Source: an uncultured Oscillibacter sp. (lineage in GTDB: Bacteria; Bacillota; Clostridia; Oscillospirales; Oscillospiraceae). From it: a stretch of 64,000 nucleotides of DNA. The notes under the pieces were generated by a model. It did not search any database and had not been told where the DNA came from. It was given only the letters and a program-made list of their open reading frames with translations. The first letter of the stretch is position 1; every line of letters starts with the position of its first letter. Made by a program: the position numbers and the translations under genes. The stretch lies in assembly GCF_934574045.1 (NCBI RefSeq), contig NZ_CAKTMK010000004.1. One strand, given 5' to 3'. Positions 38,770-50,342 of this stretch are shown in pieces.

Positions 38770-41085
38770 ATGCAACCGAAGCTTTGCTCAAGATGCAAAA
38801 AGAACGTGGCCGTGGTCTTTATTTCCCGGCTGGACGGCGACCGCACGGTGAACGAGGGCCTGTGCCTGAAGTGCGCCAAGGAGCTGGGGCTGCCGCAGGT
38901 GGACGATATGATGAAGCGGATGGGCATATCCGACGACGATCTGGATACGCTCAACAGCGAGATGCTTCAGGCGTTTGACGGCGTGGAGAATGTGGAGGAC
39001 CTGCCCAAGGAGGAGAGCCCGGACGAGGAAGAGGAGGGCAAGACCGCCACTTTCCCGTTCCTGAACCGGCTCTTCAACGGCGGCGCGTCCGCTCAGAACG
39101 CCGAGCAGCCGGAGGACGGCTCCGCCCGCCCCGGCCGGGACAAGGACCGCAAGAGCGATAAGAAGCGCAAGTTTCTGGAGAGCTACTGCCTGAACCTGAC
39201 CCAGCGGGCCAAGGACGGAAAGCTGGACCCCGTGGTGGGCCGGGAGCAGGAGATCGAGCGGGTCATCCAGATCCTCAACCGCCGCCAGAAGAACAACCCC
39301 TGCCTGATCGGCGAGCCGGGTGTTGGCAAGACGGCCATCGCCGAGGGCCTTGCCCAGCGCATCGCCGACGGGGACGTGCCCTTCAAGCTGCGGGAGAAGG
39401 AGGTCTATCTTCTGGACCTGACGGCGCTGGTGGCGGGCACCCAGTTCCGCGGCCAGTTCGAGTCCCGGATGAAGGGGCTGATCGACGAGGTCAAGCGGCT
39501 GGGCAACGTGATCCTGATGATCGACGAGGTGCATACCATCGTGGGCGCGGGGGACGCCGAGGGCAGCATGAACGCCGCCAACATCCTCAAGCCCGCCCTC
39601 TCCCGAGGCGAGATCCAGGTCATCGGCGCCACCACGTTCACCGAGTACCGCAAGTCCATCGAAAAGGACACCGCGCTGGAGCGCCGCTTCCAGCCCGTGA
39701 CGGTCAGCGAGCCGTCGGTGGAGGACTCCATCCGCATCCTCAAGGGCCTTGCGCCCAAGTACGAGGCGTTTCACGGCGTCCGCATTTCGGACGGCATCCT
39801 GCGTCAGGCGGTGCTGCTGTCGGAGCGGTATATCACCGACAGGTTTCTGCCGGACAAGGCCATCGACCTGATCGACGAGGCCTGCTCCGACCTGAACCTG
39901 AAGGACCCGGATATCTCCCGGCGCATGGAGATCCAGCGGGAGCTGGACGACTATGACAAGGAGACGGCCATGCTGGAGGAGCTGGCCGCGGGCGAGGACG
40001 CGGAGCCGGACTATGAGCGCATGGCCCTGCTCAAGAGCAAGCAGGCCAAGCTGCGCGCGGAGCTTTCCATGCTGCTGGAAAAGGGCGACCCCCAGCTCTC
40101 CATGGAGAACCTGGCCCACGTCATCGAGCTTTGGACCAAGATCCCGGCCTCCCGCATCCGGGAGGAGGAGTTCCAGCGGCTCAGCCGGCTGGACGAGCGG
40201 CTCAAGCGCCACATCGTGGGACAGGACGAGGCCGTGGACGCGGTGACCGCCGCCGTGCGGCGCAGCCGGGTGGGCATCAGCCCCAAGCACAAGCCCGTCA
40301 GCTTCATTTTCGTCGGCCCCACCGGCGTGGGCAAGACCGAGCTGGTCAAGCAGCTGGCGTCCGACCTTTTCAACACGCCGGACAGCCTGATCCGGCTGGA
40401 TATGTCCGAATTTATGGAGAAGCACTCCGTCTCCCGCATCGTGGGCTCCCCGCCGGGCTACGTGGGCTATGACGAGGCGGGCCAGCTGACGGAGAAGATC
40501 CGCCGCAAGCCCTACGCCGTGATCCTGTTCGACGAGATCGAAAAGGCCCACCCCGATGTGCTGAACATCCTGCTCCAGATCCTGGACGACGGCGAGATCA
40601 CCGATTCCCACGGGCGCAAGGTGAACTTTGAAAACACCGTTATCGTCATGACCTCCAACGCCGGAAGCTCCGCGCGGGAGGGCATGGTGGGCTTTGACCG
40701 CACCGCCGGGCAGCAGGACCGGGCCAAGGCCATGAAGGGGCTGGAGCAGTTCCTGCGGCCGGAATTCATCAACCGGGTGGACGAGGTGATCTGCTTCAAC
40801 CGCCTGAGCGAGGAGAACTTCCGGTCCATCGCCCGGATCATGCTGGGCGAGCTGGAGGCGTCCCTGAAGGACAAGGGCGTGACTCTGACCTGCGACGACG
40901 CGCTGGCGGCGTACCTCACTCACAAGTCCTATTCTGAGGTCTACGGAGCCAGAAACCTGCGCCGCACCATCCAGAAGGAGCTGGAGGACCCCATGGCGGC
41001 GCTGATGATCGACAGCTACGAGCACCCCGTCTCCCAGATCCGGGCCACGGCGGAGGACGGAAAGGTGAAGCTCAGCGCCCTGTGA
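38770..41085 (+). CDS. clpE: ATP-dependent Clp protease ATP-binding subunit ClpE-type (N-terminal Cys4 zinc ribbon + two AAA+ modules + VGF ClpP-docking motif)
   Basis: N-terminal CSRCKK...CLKC zinc finger (ClpX/ClpE-like). D1 [15 protein letters not shown] and D2 [19 protein letters not shown] Walker A motifs. GMVGFD loop. Confidence 0.85.
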   Translation: MQPKLCSRCKKNVAVVFISRLDGDRTVNEGLCLKCAKELGLPQVDDMMKRMGISDDDLDTLNSEMLQAFDGVENVEDLPKEESPDEEEEGKTATFPFLNRLFNGGASAQNAEQPEDGSARPGRDKDRKSDKKRKFLESYCLNLTQRAKDGKLDPVVGREQEIERVIQILNRRQKNNPCLIGEPGVGKTAIAEGLAQRIADGDVPFKLREKEVYLLDLTALVAGTQFRGQFESRMKGLIDEVKRLGNVILMIDEVHTIVGAGDAEGSMNAANILKPALSRGEIQVIGATTFTEYRKSIEKDTALERRFQPVTVSEPSVEDSIRILKGLAPKYEAFHGVRISDGILRQAVLLSERYITDRFLPDKAIDLIDEACSDLNLKDPDISRRMEIQRELDDYDKETAMLEELAAGEDAEPDYERMALLKSKQAKLRAELSMLLEKGDPQLSMENLAHVIELWTKIPASRIREEEFQRLSRLDERLKRHIVGQDEAVDAVTAAVRRSRVGISPKHKPVSFIFVGPTGVGKTELVKQLASDLFNTPDSLIRLDMSEFMEKHSVSRIVGSPPGYVGYDEAGQLTEKIRRKPYAVILFDEIEKAHPDVLNILLQILDDGEITDSHGRKVNFENTVIVMTSNAGSSAREGMVGFDRTAGQQDRAKAMKGLEQFLRPEFINRVDEVICFNRLSEENFRSIARIMLGELEASLKDKGVTLTCDDALAAYLTHKSYSEVYGARNLRRTIQKELEDPMAALMIDSYEHPVSQIRATAEDGKVKLSAL

Positions 41086-41110
41086 GCGCTGAAAAGGAGG
41101 GAGAGGGACC

Positions 41111-41320
41111 GTGCTGTTCCGAAAGAACATCGACCCGCGGTGCGCCTACTGTCGGCGGGGCGCGCAGATCAGCGAGCGGGAGGTGGCCTGCGTGAAGCGG
41201 GGCATCATGCCCGTGGAGGGGAGCTGCCGCCGGTTCCGGTACGACCCGCTCAAGCGGGTGCCTCCCCGGCCCGCGCCGCTGGAAACGGCGCAGCTGAAGG
41301 AGTCGGATTTCTCGCTGTGA
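41111..41320 (+). CDS. small Cys-rich (zinc-ribbon-like) hypothetical protein
   Basis: 69-aa ORF with CAYC...C...C pattern. GTG start 25 nt after the clpE stop. No strong RBS, so low confidence. Confidence 0.4.
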   Translation: MLFRKNIDPRCAYCRRGAQISEREVACVKRGIMPVEGSCRRFRYDPLKRVPPRPAPLETAQLKESDFSL

Positions 41321-41358
41321 GGGGCGGGAATGAGGAGATAAACAGAGACGAGGAGACG

Positions 41359-42186
41359 ATGGAAATGGAGATCAGACGGGTCTGCGCCGTTTATTACAGC
41401 GCAACCGGGACCACGGAGCGGGTCGTTCTGACGGCGGCGAGGACGCTGGCAGACCGGCTGGGCGCTCCGCTGGAGACCCTGAATATTTCGACCCCCGCGG
41501 CCCGGGAGCCGGAGCAACGCTTTTCCGCCGGCGATCTGGTGGTGGCGGGAACGCCCACCTACGCCGGAAAGGTCCCCAACAAGCTGCTGCCGTACTTTCA
41601 GACGAAACTGACCGGCGGCGGGGCGCTGGCGGTCCCGGTGGTGCTGTTCGGCAACCGGAGCTATGATAACTCCCTTGCGGAGCTTTGCGCGGAGCTGGAG
41701 GCCCACGGCTTCCACACGGTCAGCGCCGCAGCCTTCGTGGGCCAGCACGCCTTTGCCGCCAAGCTGGCGACCGGGCGGCCGGACGCGCAGGATCTGGCGC
41801 TGGCGGAGCAGTTCGCCCAGCGGACTGCCGAGAAGGTGCGCGGGCTGGCGGAGCCGCCCGCGCCGGTGCAGGTGCCGGGAGACGCCGCTGCGCCCTACTA
41901 CACTCCGCTGGGGCTGGACGGCCAGCCCGCCAAGTTCCTGAAAGCCAAGCCCCAGACCGACCCCGCCAAGTGCACGAACTGCGGCCTGTGCGCCGCCGTC
42001 TGCCCCATGGGGTCCATCGACCCGGCGGACGCGGCCAGCGTTCCGGGCGTGTGCATCAAGTGTCAGGCGTGCGTGGTGAAGTGCCCCGCCGGAGCGAAGT
42101 ATTTCGACGATCCGGCGTTCCTCTCCCACAAGGCCATGCTGGAGCAGAACTATACCCGCCGCGCGGAGGCGGAGCTGTTTTTCTGA
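41359..42186 (+). CDS. flavodoxin-like domain protein fused to 2x[4Fe-4S] ferredoxin domain
   Basis: N-terminal flavodoxin fold (VYYSATGTTERV) and C-terminal CTNCGLCAAVCP ... CIKCQACVVKCP clusters. Start at 41359 with GAGGAGACG RBS. Confidence 0.8.
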   Translation: MEMEIRRVCAVYYSATGTTERVVLTAARTLADRLGAPLETLNISTPAAREPEQRFSAGDLVVAGTPTYAGKVPNKLLPYFQTKLTGGGALAVPVVLFGNRSYDNSLAELCAELEAHGFHTVSAAAFVGQHAFAAKLATGRPDAQDLALAEQFAQRTAEKVRGLAEPPAPVQVPGDAAAPYYTPLGLDGQPAKFLKAKPQTDPAKCTNCGLCAAVCPMGSIDPADAASVPGVCIKCQACVVKCPAGAKYFDDPAFLSHKAMLEQNYTRRAEAELFF

Positions 42187-42202
42187 GCGTTGTACATCTC
42201 CT

Positions 42203-42238
42203 GCCGGGTCCCGGTTTTCCGGGACCCGGCGTTTTTTT
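42203..42238 (+). terminator. rho-independent terminator
   Basis: Stem gccgggtcccgg/ccgggacccggc with a UUUU loop, followed by GTTTTTTT. Confidence 0.85.
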
Positions 42239-42339
42239 GCCTGCGGGCGGACTTTTTCCGGCCGGACAGGGCGGTTTTGTGTCGGGTCAGGCTGTCTGCG
42301 CATATTCTGAGATTGAAAACGGAGCTTGGAGGGAGCAGT

Positions 42340-43422
42340 ATGGCAGACGCGGTGCATTTTTTCCTCGGCGCGAACAGCGGCGACGGCTTTCAGAGCCTGT
42401 TCCATGAGCTGGAGCAGGCGGGTACATACGACCTGATGATCCTCAAGGGCGGCCCCGGCTCGGGGAAGTCCACCTTCCTCCGCGCGCTGGGCGCGGCCAT
42501 GGAGGAGGCGGGCGAGCGGGTGGAATACCTGCCGTGCAGCGGCGACCCGGACTCGCTGGACGGCGTGGCGCTGCCGGGGATGGGCTGCGCCGCCGCGGAC
42601 GGCACGCCGCCTCACATTTTGGAGCCGCGGTATCCGGCGGCGGTGGACCGGATCGTGGATCTGGGGCGGTTTTACGACCTGACGGCGGCGAAGGCCGCGC
42701 GGGATGAGATCGTGGCGCTGACGGAGGAGGGCCGCGCCGCTGCCCTCCGGGCGCGGCGGTGCCTGAAAGGGGCGCGGCAGGCGGAGCTGGAGGCGCTGGA
42801 GCCGGGACGGGCAGGCTTCGACCTTGCCCGCGCCCTGCGGCGCATGGACGGCGTGATCGCCCGGGAGCTGCGCCGCCGCTCCGGCGGCGGGCCGGGGCGG
42901 ACGCAGCGGCGCTTTCTGGGCGGGATCACCTGCGCGGGGACCGTCTGGCGGTTTGACAGCGTGGACGCCCTGTGTCCCCGGGTCTACGAGCTGGCGGACC
43001 GCTGGGAGCTGGCCGGGCCGCTGCTGGAGCGGCTGCGGGCCGCGGCGGTGGAGCGGGGCTGGGACGTGACCGCCTGCCCCGCACCGGAGGAGCCGGAGCG
43101 GCTGGAGCATCTGCTGATCCCGGAGCTGGGGCTGGCGTTCGTCTCCACCCGGCCGGGGATGGAGTACGGCAAAAAGCCATTCCGCCGCATCCGGCTGGAC
43201 GCCATGACCTCCGCCCGGGAGCGGGGGCGGGAGCGCTTCCTCCGCCGGATGGCCGGGGCGCTGCGGGAGGAAGCTGCCGCCGCTCTGCGGGACGCCAAGT
43301 CCGCCCACGACCGGCTGGAGGCGGTCTATAATCCCTATGTGGACTTCGACGGCGTGCGCGCGCTGGCGGCCATCGAGACGGGACGGCTGCTGAGCTGGCA
43401 GGGGCGGACGCTTTCCCATTGA
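42340..43422 (+). CDS. uncharacterized P-loop NTPase
   Basis: MADAVHFFLGANSGDGFQSLFHEL...ILKGGPGSGKST Walker A. The remainder is Arg/Ala-rich with no recognised catalytic motif. Confidence 0.7.
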   Translation: MADAVHFFLGANSGDGFQSLFHELEQAGTYDLMILKGGPGSGKSTFLRALGAAMEEAGERVEYLPCSGDPDSLDGVALPGMGCAAADGTPPHILEPRYPAAVDRIVDLGRFYDLTAAKAARDEIVALTEEGRAAALRARRCLKGARQAELEALEPGRAGFDLARALRRMDGVIARELRRRSGGGPGRTQRRFLGGITCAGTVWRFDSVDALCPRVYELADRWELAGPLLERLRAAAVERGWDVTACPAPEEPERLEHLLIPELGLAFVSTRPGMEYGKKPFRRIRLDAMTSARERGRERFLRRMAGALREEAAAALRDAKSAHDRLEAVYNPYVDFDGVRALAAIETGRLLSWQGRTLSH

Positions 43423-43497
43423 AAAAACGGCCCGCCTGCGGTATACTGCGGAGTGCGGCCCCGCGCCGCACTTTACGGAGGAAAGGGGAGAGGCTGG

Positions 43498-44184
43498 ATG
43501 GAAAACGGCTTTTCCGTGAAATTCATCGCCCGGGTCCGCAGCGACTTTCAGACGAAGTTCGGCATCCCGCGCCAGAGCGGCCTTGTGGAGGAGCTGGAGA
43601 GCCGGGTGGTGTTCGAGCCGGAGTTCCGCAATCCGGACGCCCTGCGGGGCATCGAGGGCTTTTCCCACCTGTGGCTGATCTGGCAGTTCTCCGCCGCGGT
43701 GCGCGGCGGCTGGTCGCCCACGGTGCGCCCGCCCCGGCTGGGGGGCAACGCCCGCATGGGCGTGTTCGCCACGCGCTCACCCTTCCGGCCCAATCCCATC
43801 GGCCTGTCCTGCGTGCGGCTGCTGGGCGTGGAGCACGGGGCGGAGGGGCCGGTCCTGCGGGTGGCGGGCGCGGACCTGATGGACGGCACGCCCATTTTGG
43901 ACATCAAGCCCTATCTCCCCTATGTGGACTGCCGCCCGGAGGCCGTCGGCGGCTTTGCCCCCGCCGCGCCGGAGCGGAGGCTGACGGTGGAGTGCCCGCC
44001 GGAGCTGCTGGCGGCCCTGCCGGAGGGGAGTCGGGCGGCGCTGCTGGGCGTTCTGGCCGAGGACCCGCGTCCGGCGTATCAGAACGATCCGGAGCGGGTG
44101 TACGGCTTCGGCTTCGCCGGGGCGGAAGTGCGCTTCCGCGTGGAGGGGGAGCGGCTGATCGTCCTCTCCGTGATAAAAAATTAA
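43498..44184 (+). CDS. trmO: tRNA (N6-threonylcarbamoyladenosine(37)-N6)-methyltransferase TrmO (YaeB family)
   Basis: MENGFSVKFIARVRSDFQTKFGIPRQSGLV...GFSHLWLIWQF motif region. Confidence 0.85.
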   Translation: MENGFSVKFIARVRSDFQTKFGIPRQSGLVEELESRVVFEPEFRNPDALRGIEGFSHLWLIWQFSAAVRGGWSPTVRPPRLGGNARMGVFATRSPFRPNPIGLSCVRLLGVEHGAEGPVLRVAGADLMDGTPILDIKPYLPYVDCRPEAVGGFAPAAPERRLTVECPPELLAALPEGSRAALLGVLAEDPRPAYQNDPERVYGFGFAGAEVRFRVEGERLIVLSVIKN

Positions 44185-44199
44185 CAGCAGACGGACCCC

Positions 44200-44228
44200 T
44201 TGACAGGGCAATTCCCGCGTGTTATAAA
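44200..44228 (+). promoter_or_regulatory. promoter candidate for T-box/thrS transcript
   Basis: TTGACA (44200-44205), 17 nt, TATAAA (44223-44228). Confidence 0.5.
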
Positions 44229-44235
44229 TAGAGTA

Positions 44236-44493
44236 TTCATAGGAAAAGGCATGGAAAAGGACACCGTCCGGGGAAGACGCCAGAGAGGGGCCGCGGTTTG
44301 CTGCGAGCGGTCCCCGCCGGAATCGGAACGGCACCGCCTTGGAGCCGCCCGCCGAAAGGGGAGACCTGAGTAGAACGGGACGGGACCTCCCGTTACAGAG
44401 GACACGAGCGGCGCTCTGCGGAGCGCAAGCAGGGTGGAACCGTGGAATACGACTTTCGTATCTCACCCCTGACCGGTCAGGGGTGAGTTTTTT
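44236..44493 (+). ncRNA. T-box riboswitch leader upstream of thrS
   Basis: Conserved T-box sequence AGGGTGGAACCGTGG (about 44430-44444), immediately followed by the terminator stem tcacccctgacc/ggtcaggggtga plus TTTTTT (44463-44493). Confidence 0.7.
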
Positions 44494-44658
44494 GTTATGC
44501 AAAAGCATAACAAAATACGAAATGCGCCATTTTCTCGCCCCTGAGGGGCAGCCGGAAATGATGCGCAAAAACTTTGTACACCGGCATCTGCGCTTTTTCG
44601 CGGCGCGGTGCTCACGCAGGAAGTTTTATGCCTGCCCCAATACAAGGAGGAACGAACA

Positions 44659-46416
<1,758 letters not shown>

Positions 46417-46671
46417 AAACCGGAAGAACGCCGCGCCCGCAGACGAGGGCGCGGCGTTCTGGGAAGTACCGGCGGTCGGCGCGGTTGTGAAAACTGACGG
46501 CGGCGGACGCAAAAATTACGCAAGCGCTGCTGCATTTTCCTGAATACGCGGATTTTGGTTGCGCCGGAGCCGTCCGCCGCGGTATACTGGCGGGGATGAT
46601 GCGGCGCGGGACCGTGCGCCGATAGAGAGACAGTTGGCTTTTCCGGAAAGACAGGTAAAGGGAGGAAGACC

Positions 46672-49600
46672 ATGAGCAAAGAGTTCAAAAAGGTGCTGGT
46701 GGCGAACCGCGGCGAGATCGCCATGCGCGTGTTCCGCGCGTGCCACGATCTGGGCGTGCAGACCATCGCCATCTATTCCAACGAGGATATGTACGGGCTG
46801 TTCCGCACGGCGGCGGACGAATCCTATCTGATCGGCGAGAACGAAAGCCCGCTGGGCGCGTATCTGGACATCCCGCGGATCATCGAGCTGGCGAAAAAGC
46901 ACGGCGCGGACGCCATCCACCCCGGATACGGCTTTTTGAGCGAGAACGGCGACTTTGCCCGCGCCTGCGAGGCGGCGGGGATCAAGTTCATCGGCCCCAG
47001 CAGCGACGTGCTGGACCGGATGGGCGACAAGCTCAGCGCCAAGGCGCTGGCCATCGAGTGCGGCGTTCCCACAACCCCCGGCACCAAGGACCCCATCCCC
47101 GACCGCCAGACCGCCCAGAAGCTGGCCATGGACTTCGGCTTCCCCGTGATCCTGAAGGCGGCGGCCGGCGGCGGCGGGCGCGGTATGCGCCGGTGCGACA
47201 CCGTGGAGGAGGTCGGCATCAATTATGATCTGGTGAAGGCCGAGGCGAAAAAGGCCTTCGGAAACGACGACATCTTCATGGAGAAGTTCCTCGTGGAGCC
47301 GAAGCACATCGAGGTGCAGGTCCTTGCCGACGAGCACGGCAACGTGGTCCATCTCTATGAGCGGGACTGCTCGCTCCAGCGGCGGTATCAGAAGGTGGTG
47401 GAGTTCACCCCGGCGTTCTCCGTGCCCAAGAAGATCCGTGAGGAGCTGTATGAGGACGCGGTGAAGATCACCAAAAAGGTGGGCTACACCAACGCCGGAA
47501 CGCTGGAATTTCTGGTGGATGGCGAGGGCCATCACTACTTTATTGAGATGAACCCCCGCATTCAGGTGGAGCACACGGTGACGGAGATGGTCACCGGCGT
47601 GGATCTGGTGCGTTCTCAGATCCTGATCGCGCAGGGCTGCCCCCTCAGCGACCCGCGCATCGGCATCAAAAAGCAGTCCGACGTGCATCAGAACGGCTAC
47701 GCCATCCAGTGCCGCGTGACCACCGAGGACCCGGCCAACGGCTTCGCGCCGGACACCGGAAAGATCACTGCCTACCGCTCCGGCGGTGGCTTCGGCGTCC
47801 GTCTGGACGGCAACGCCTATACCGGCGCGGTGATCTCGCCGTATTACGACTCGCTGCTGGTCAAGGTCACCACGTGGGACTCCACCTTTGACGGCGTGTG
47901 CCGCAAGGCCATCCGCGCCGTGCGGGAGGTCCATGTCCGCGGCGTAAAGACCAATATCGCCTTCATCCTCAACATTCTGCACGACGAGACGTTCCGCGCC
48001 GGAAAGTGCCACACCAAATACATCGACCAGACGCCCAGCCTGTTCCAGCTGGACGAGGGGCAGGACCGCGCCACCAAGATGCTCAAGTACATCGGCAACA
48101 TCGTGGTCCGGGAGCGGGGGCCCCAGAAGCTCTATGACGAGCCGCGGTTCCCGCCCGTTACCGGCAGCCGCCCCGCGGGTCTCAAGCAGATGCTGGACGA
48201 AAAGGGGCCGGAGGCCGTCGCCAAGTGGGTGCTGGATCAGAAAAAGCTGCTGATCTGCGACACCACCTCCCGGGACGCCCACCAGTCCCTGCTGGCCACC
48301 CGCGTGCGGACCCGGGACATCGTCAAGTGCATGGAGGCCACCTCCGAGATCGAGGCGGACGCGTTCTCTCTGGAGTGCTGGGGCGGCGCGACCTTCGACG
48401 TGGCGTACCGCTTCCTGCACGAGTCTCCGTGGGAGCGGCTGGACCTGATCCGGGAGAAGGCGCCCAACCTGCTGCTGCAGATGCTGCTGCGGGGCGCCAA
48501 CGCCGTGGGCTACACCAACTATCCGGACAATGTGATCCGGGAGTTCGTCCGTCAGGCCGCCAAGAGCGGCATCGACGTGTTCCGCGTGTTCGACTCGCTC
48601 AACTGGCTGCCCGGCATGGAGGTGGCCATGGACGAGGTCCTCAAGCAGGGGAAGATCTGTCAGGCCACCGTCTGCTACACCGGCGATATCATGGACCCTG
48701 CCCGGGATAAGTACACGCTCCAGTATTATGTCAATATGGCCAAGGAGCTGGAGAAGCGGGGCGCCCATATGCTGGCCATCAAGGACATGGCCGGCCTGCT
48801 CAAGCCCTACGCCGCGAAGAAGCTGGTCTCCGCGCTCAAGCAGGAGGTCGGCATCCCCATCCAGCTCCACACCCACAACACCTCCGGCAATCAGGTGGCG
48901 GCGCTGCTGTTGGCCGCGGAGGCGGGCGTGGACGTGGTGGACTGCGCCATCTCGTCCATGAGCTCGCTGACCAGCCAGCCCTCGCTCAACGCGGTAGTGG
49001 CTGCCCTTCAGGGTACGGAGCGGGACACCGGCATGGATCTGGACCGGCTCCAGATGCTGACGGACTACTGGGAGGACGTGCGCAAGCGGTACGACTCCTT
49101 CGAGGCGGGCATCAAGTGCCCCGCCACCGACATCTACCGCTATGAGATCCCCGGCGGGCAGTACACCAATCTGAAGCCGCAGGTGGAGTCTCTGGGCCTT
49201 GGCGAGCGCTTTCAGGATGTGAAGGAGAACTACCGCAAGGTCAACGCCATGCTGGGCGACATCGTGAAGGTGACGCCTTCCAGCAAAATGGTGGGCGATC
49301 TGGCCATCTTCATGACCCAGAACGACCTGACGCCGGAGAACATTGTGGAAAAGGGCGCGGATCTGGCGTTCCCGGACAGCGCCGTGAGCTACTTCTCCGG
49401 CATGATGGGCCAGCCCGCGTGGGGCTTCCCCAAGGAGCTGCAGAAGGTGGTCCTGAAGGGGAAGGAGGCCGTTGCCTGCCGCCCCGGCGAGCTGTTGAAG
49501 CCGGTGGACTTCGCGGCGGTGAAGCGGGAGATGCAGGAGTTCGACCCAGACCCGTCCGACCGGGCCGTGATCTCCTACTGCCTGTATCCCAAGGTCTACC

Positions 49601-50085
49601 GCGACTATAAGCGGGACCAGAAGGAGTACGGCTACGTGACCCGGCTTGGCAGCCATGTGTTCTTCCACGGTCTTGCGGTGGGGGAGACCAACAAGGTCAA
49701 CATCGCCGACGGCAAAACGCTGGTCATCAAGTATCTGGGCCTCGGCGAGGTGGACGCCGAAGGGATGCGCACCGTCAGCTTTGAGCTTAACGGCATCCGC
49801 CGGGACGTGCAGGTGCCCGACGCGGAGGCTCAGAAGAACATCGTCAAGGTCCCCATGGCCGACCCGGAGGACAAGAGCCAGGTGGGCGCGTCCATCCCCG
49901 GCGCGGTGAGCAAGGTGCAGGTCAAGGTGGGCGACGCGGTGGAGCTGAACCAGACCCTCATCACCATCGAGGCCATGAAGATGGAGACCGCCGTCACCGC
50001 CCGCATGGCCGGCACGGTGGAGAGCATTCAGGTGGCCGAGGGAGACACCGTTAAGGGCGGCCAGCTGCTGCTGACGATCCGTTAA
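46672..50085 (+). CDS. pyc: pyruvate carboxylase
   Basis: 1137 aa. Biotin carboxylase N-terminus (MSKEFKKVLVANRGEIAMRVFRA), carboxyltransferase domain, and C-terminal biotinyl domain with AMKM. Confidence 0.95.
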   Translation: MSKEFKKVLVANRGEIAMRVFRACHDLGVQTIAIYSNEDMYGLFRTAADESYLIGENESPLGAYLDIPRIIELAKKHGADAIHPGYGFLSENGDFARACEAAGIKFIGPSSDVLDRMGDKLSAKALAIECGVPTTPGTKDPIPDRQTAQKLAMDFGFPVILKAAAGGGGRGMRRCDTVEEVGINYDLVKAEAKKAFGNDDIFMEKFLVEPKHIEVQVLADEHGNVVHLYERDCSLQRRYQKVVEFTPAFSVPKKIREELYEDAVKITKKVGYTNAGTLEFLVDGEGHHYFIEMNPRIQVEHTVTEMVTGVDLVRSQILIAQGCPLSDPRIGIKKQSDVHQNGYAIQCRVTTEDPANGFAPDTGKITAYRSGGGFGVRLDGNAYTGAVISPYYDSLLVKVTTWDSTFDGVCRKAIRAVREVHVRGVKTNIAFILNILHDETFRAGKCHTKYIDQTPSLFQLDEGQDRATKMLKYIGNIVVRERGPQKLYDEPRFPPVTGSRPAGLKQMLDEKGPEAVAKWVLDQKKLLICDTTSRDAHQSLLATRVRTRDIVKCMEATSEIEADAFSLECWGGATFDVAYRFLHESPWERLDLIREKAPNLLLQMLLRGANAVGYTNYPDNVIREFVRQAAKSGIDVFRVFDSLNWLPGMEVAMDEVLKQGKICQATVCYTGDIMDPARDKYTLQYYVNMAKELEKRGAHMLAIKDMAGLLKPYAAKKLVSALKQEVGIPIQLHTHNTSGNQVAALLLAAEAGVDVVDCAISSMSSLTSQPSLNAVVAALQGTERDTGMDLDRLQMLTDYWEDVRKRYDSFEAGIKCPATDIYRYEIPGGQYTNLKPQVESLGLGERFQDVKENYRKVNAMLGDIVKVTPSSKMVGDLAIFMTQNDLTPENIVEKGADLAFPDSAVSYFSGMMGQPAWGFPKELQKVVLKGKEAVACRPGELLKPVDFAAVKREMQEFDPDPSDRAVISYCLYPKVYRDYKRDQKEYGYVTRLGSHVFFHGLAVGETNKVNIADGKTLVIKYLGLGEVDAEGMRTVSFELNGIRRDVQVPDAEAQKNIVKVPMADPEDKSQVGASIPGAVSKVQVKVGDAVELNQTLITIEAMKMETAVTARMAGTVESIQVAEGDTVKGGQLLLTIR

Positions 50086-50193
50086 GAATTTGCCAAAAAC
50101 TGTCGAATATCACAAACAGACAGCCGCATGGGAACATTTGTCCTTGACATGGGGACGCAACTTTAACAGTTTGTTCACAAAAACGCTGTATTT

Positions 50194-50238
50194 GCAAGGG
50201 TTCGTGCAATTTATGCAGGAACCCTTGCTCTTTTTAGC
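50194..50238 (+). terminator. rho-independent terminator after pyc
   Basis: Stem gcaagggttc/gaacccttgc followed by TCTTTTTAGC. Confidence 0.75.
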
Positions 50239-50268
50239 AAGAAATTATGCAAAAAGGATATAAAACTC

Positions 50269-50297
50269 TTGAAATTTGAAGGAGGGTGCGATATAAT
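50269..50297 (+). promoter_or_regulatory. promoter candidate for TRAP-TAXI operon
   Basis: TTGAAA (50269-50274), 17 nt, TATAAT (50292-50297). Confidence 0.55.
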
Positions 50298-50342
50298 ACA
50301 CCTAGCGCAAAATCCCAAAAACGAAGAAAGAAGGAATTTGAG

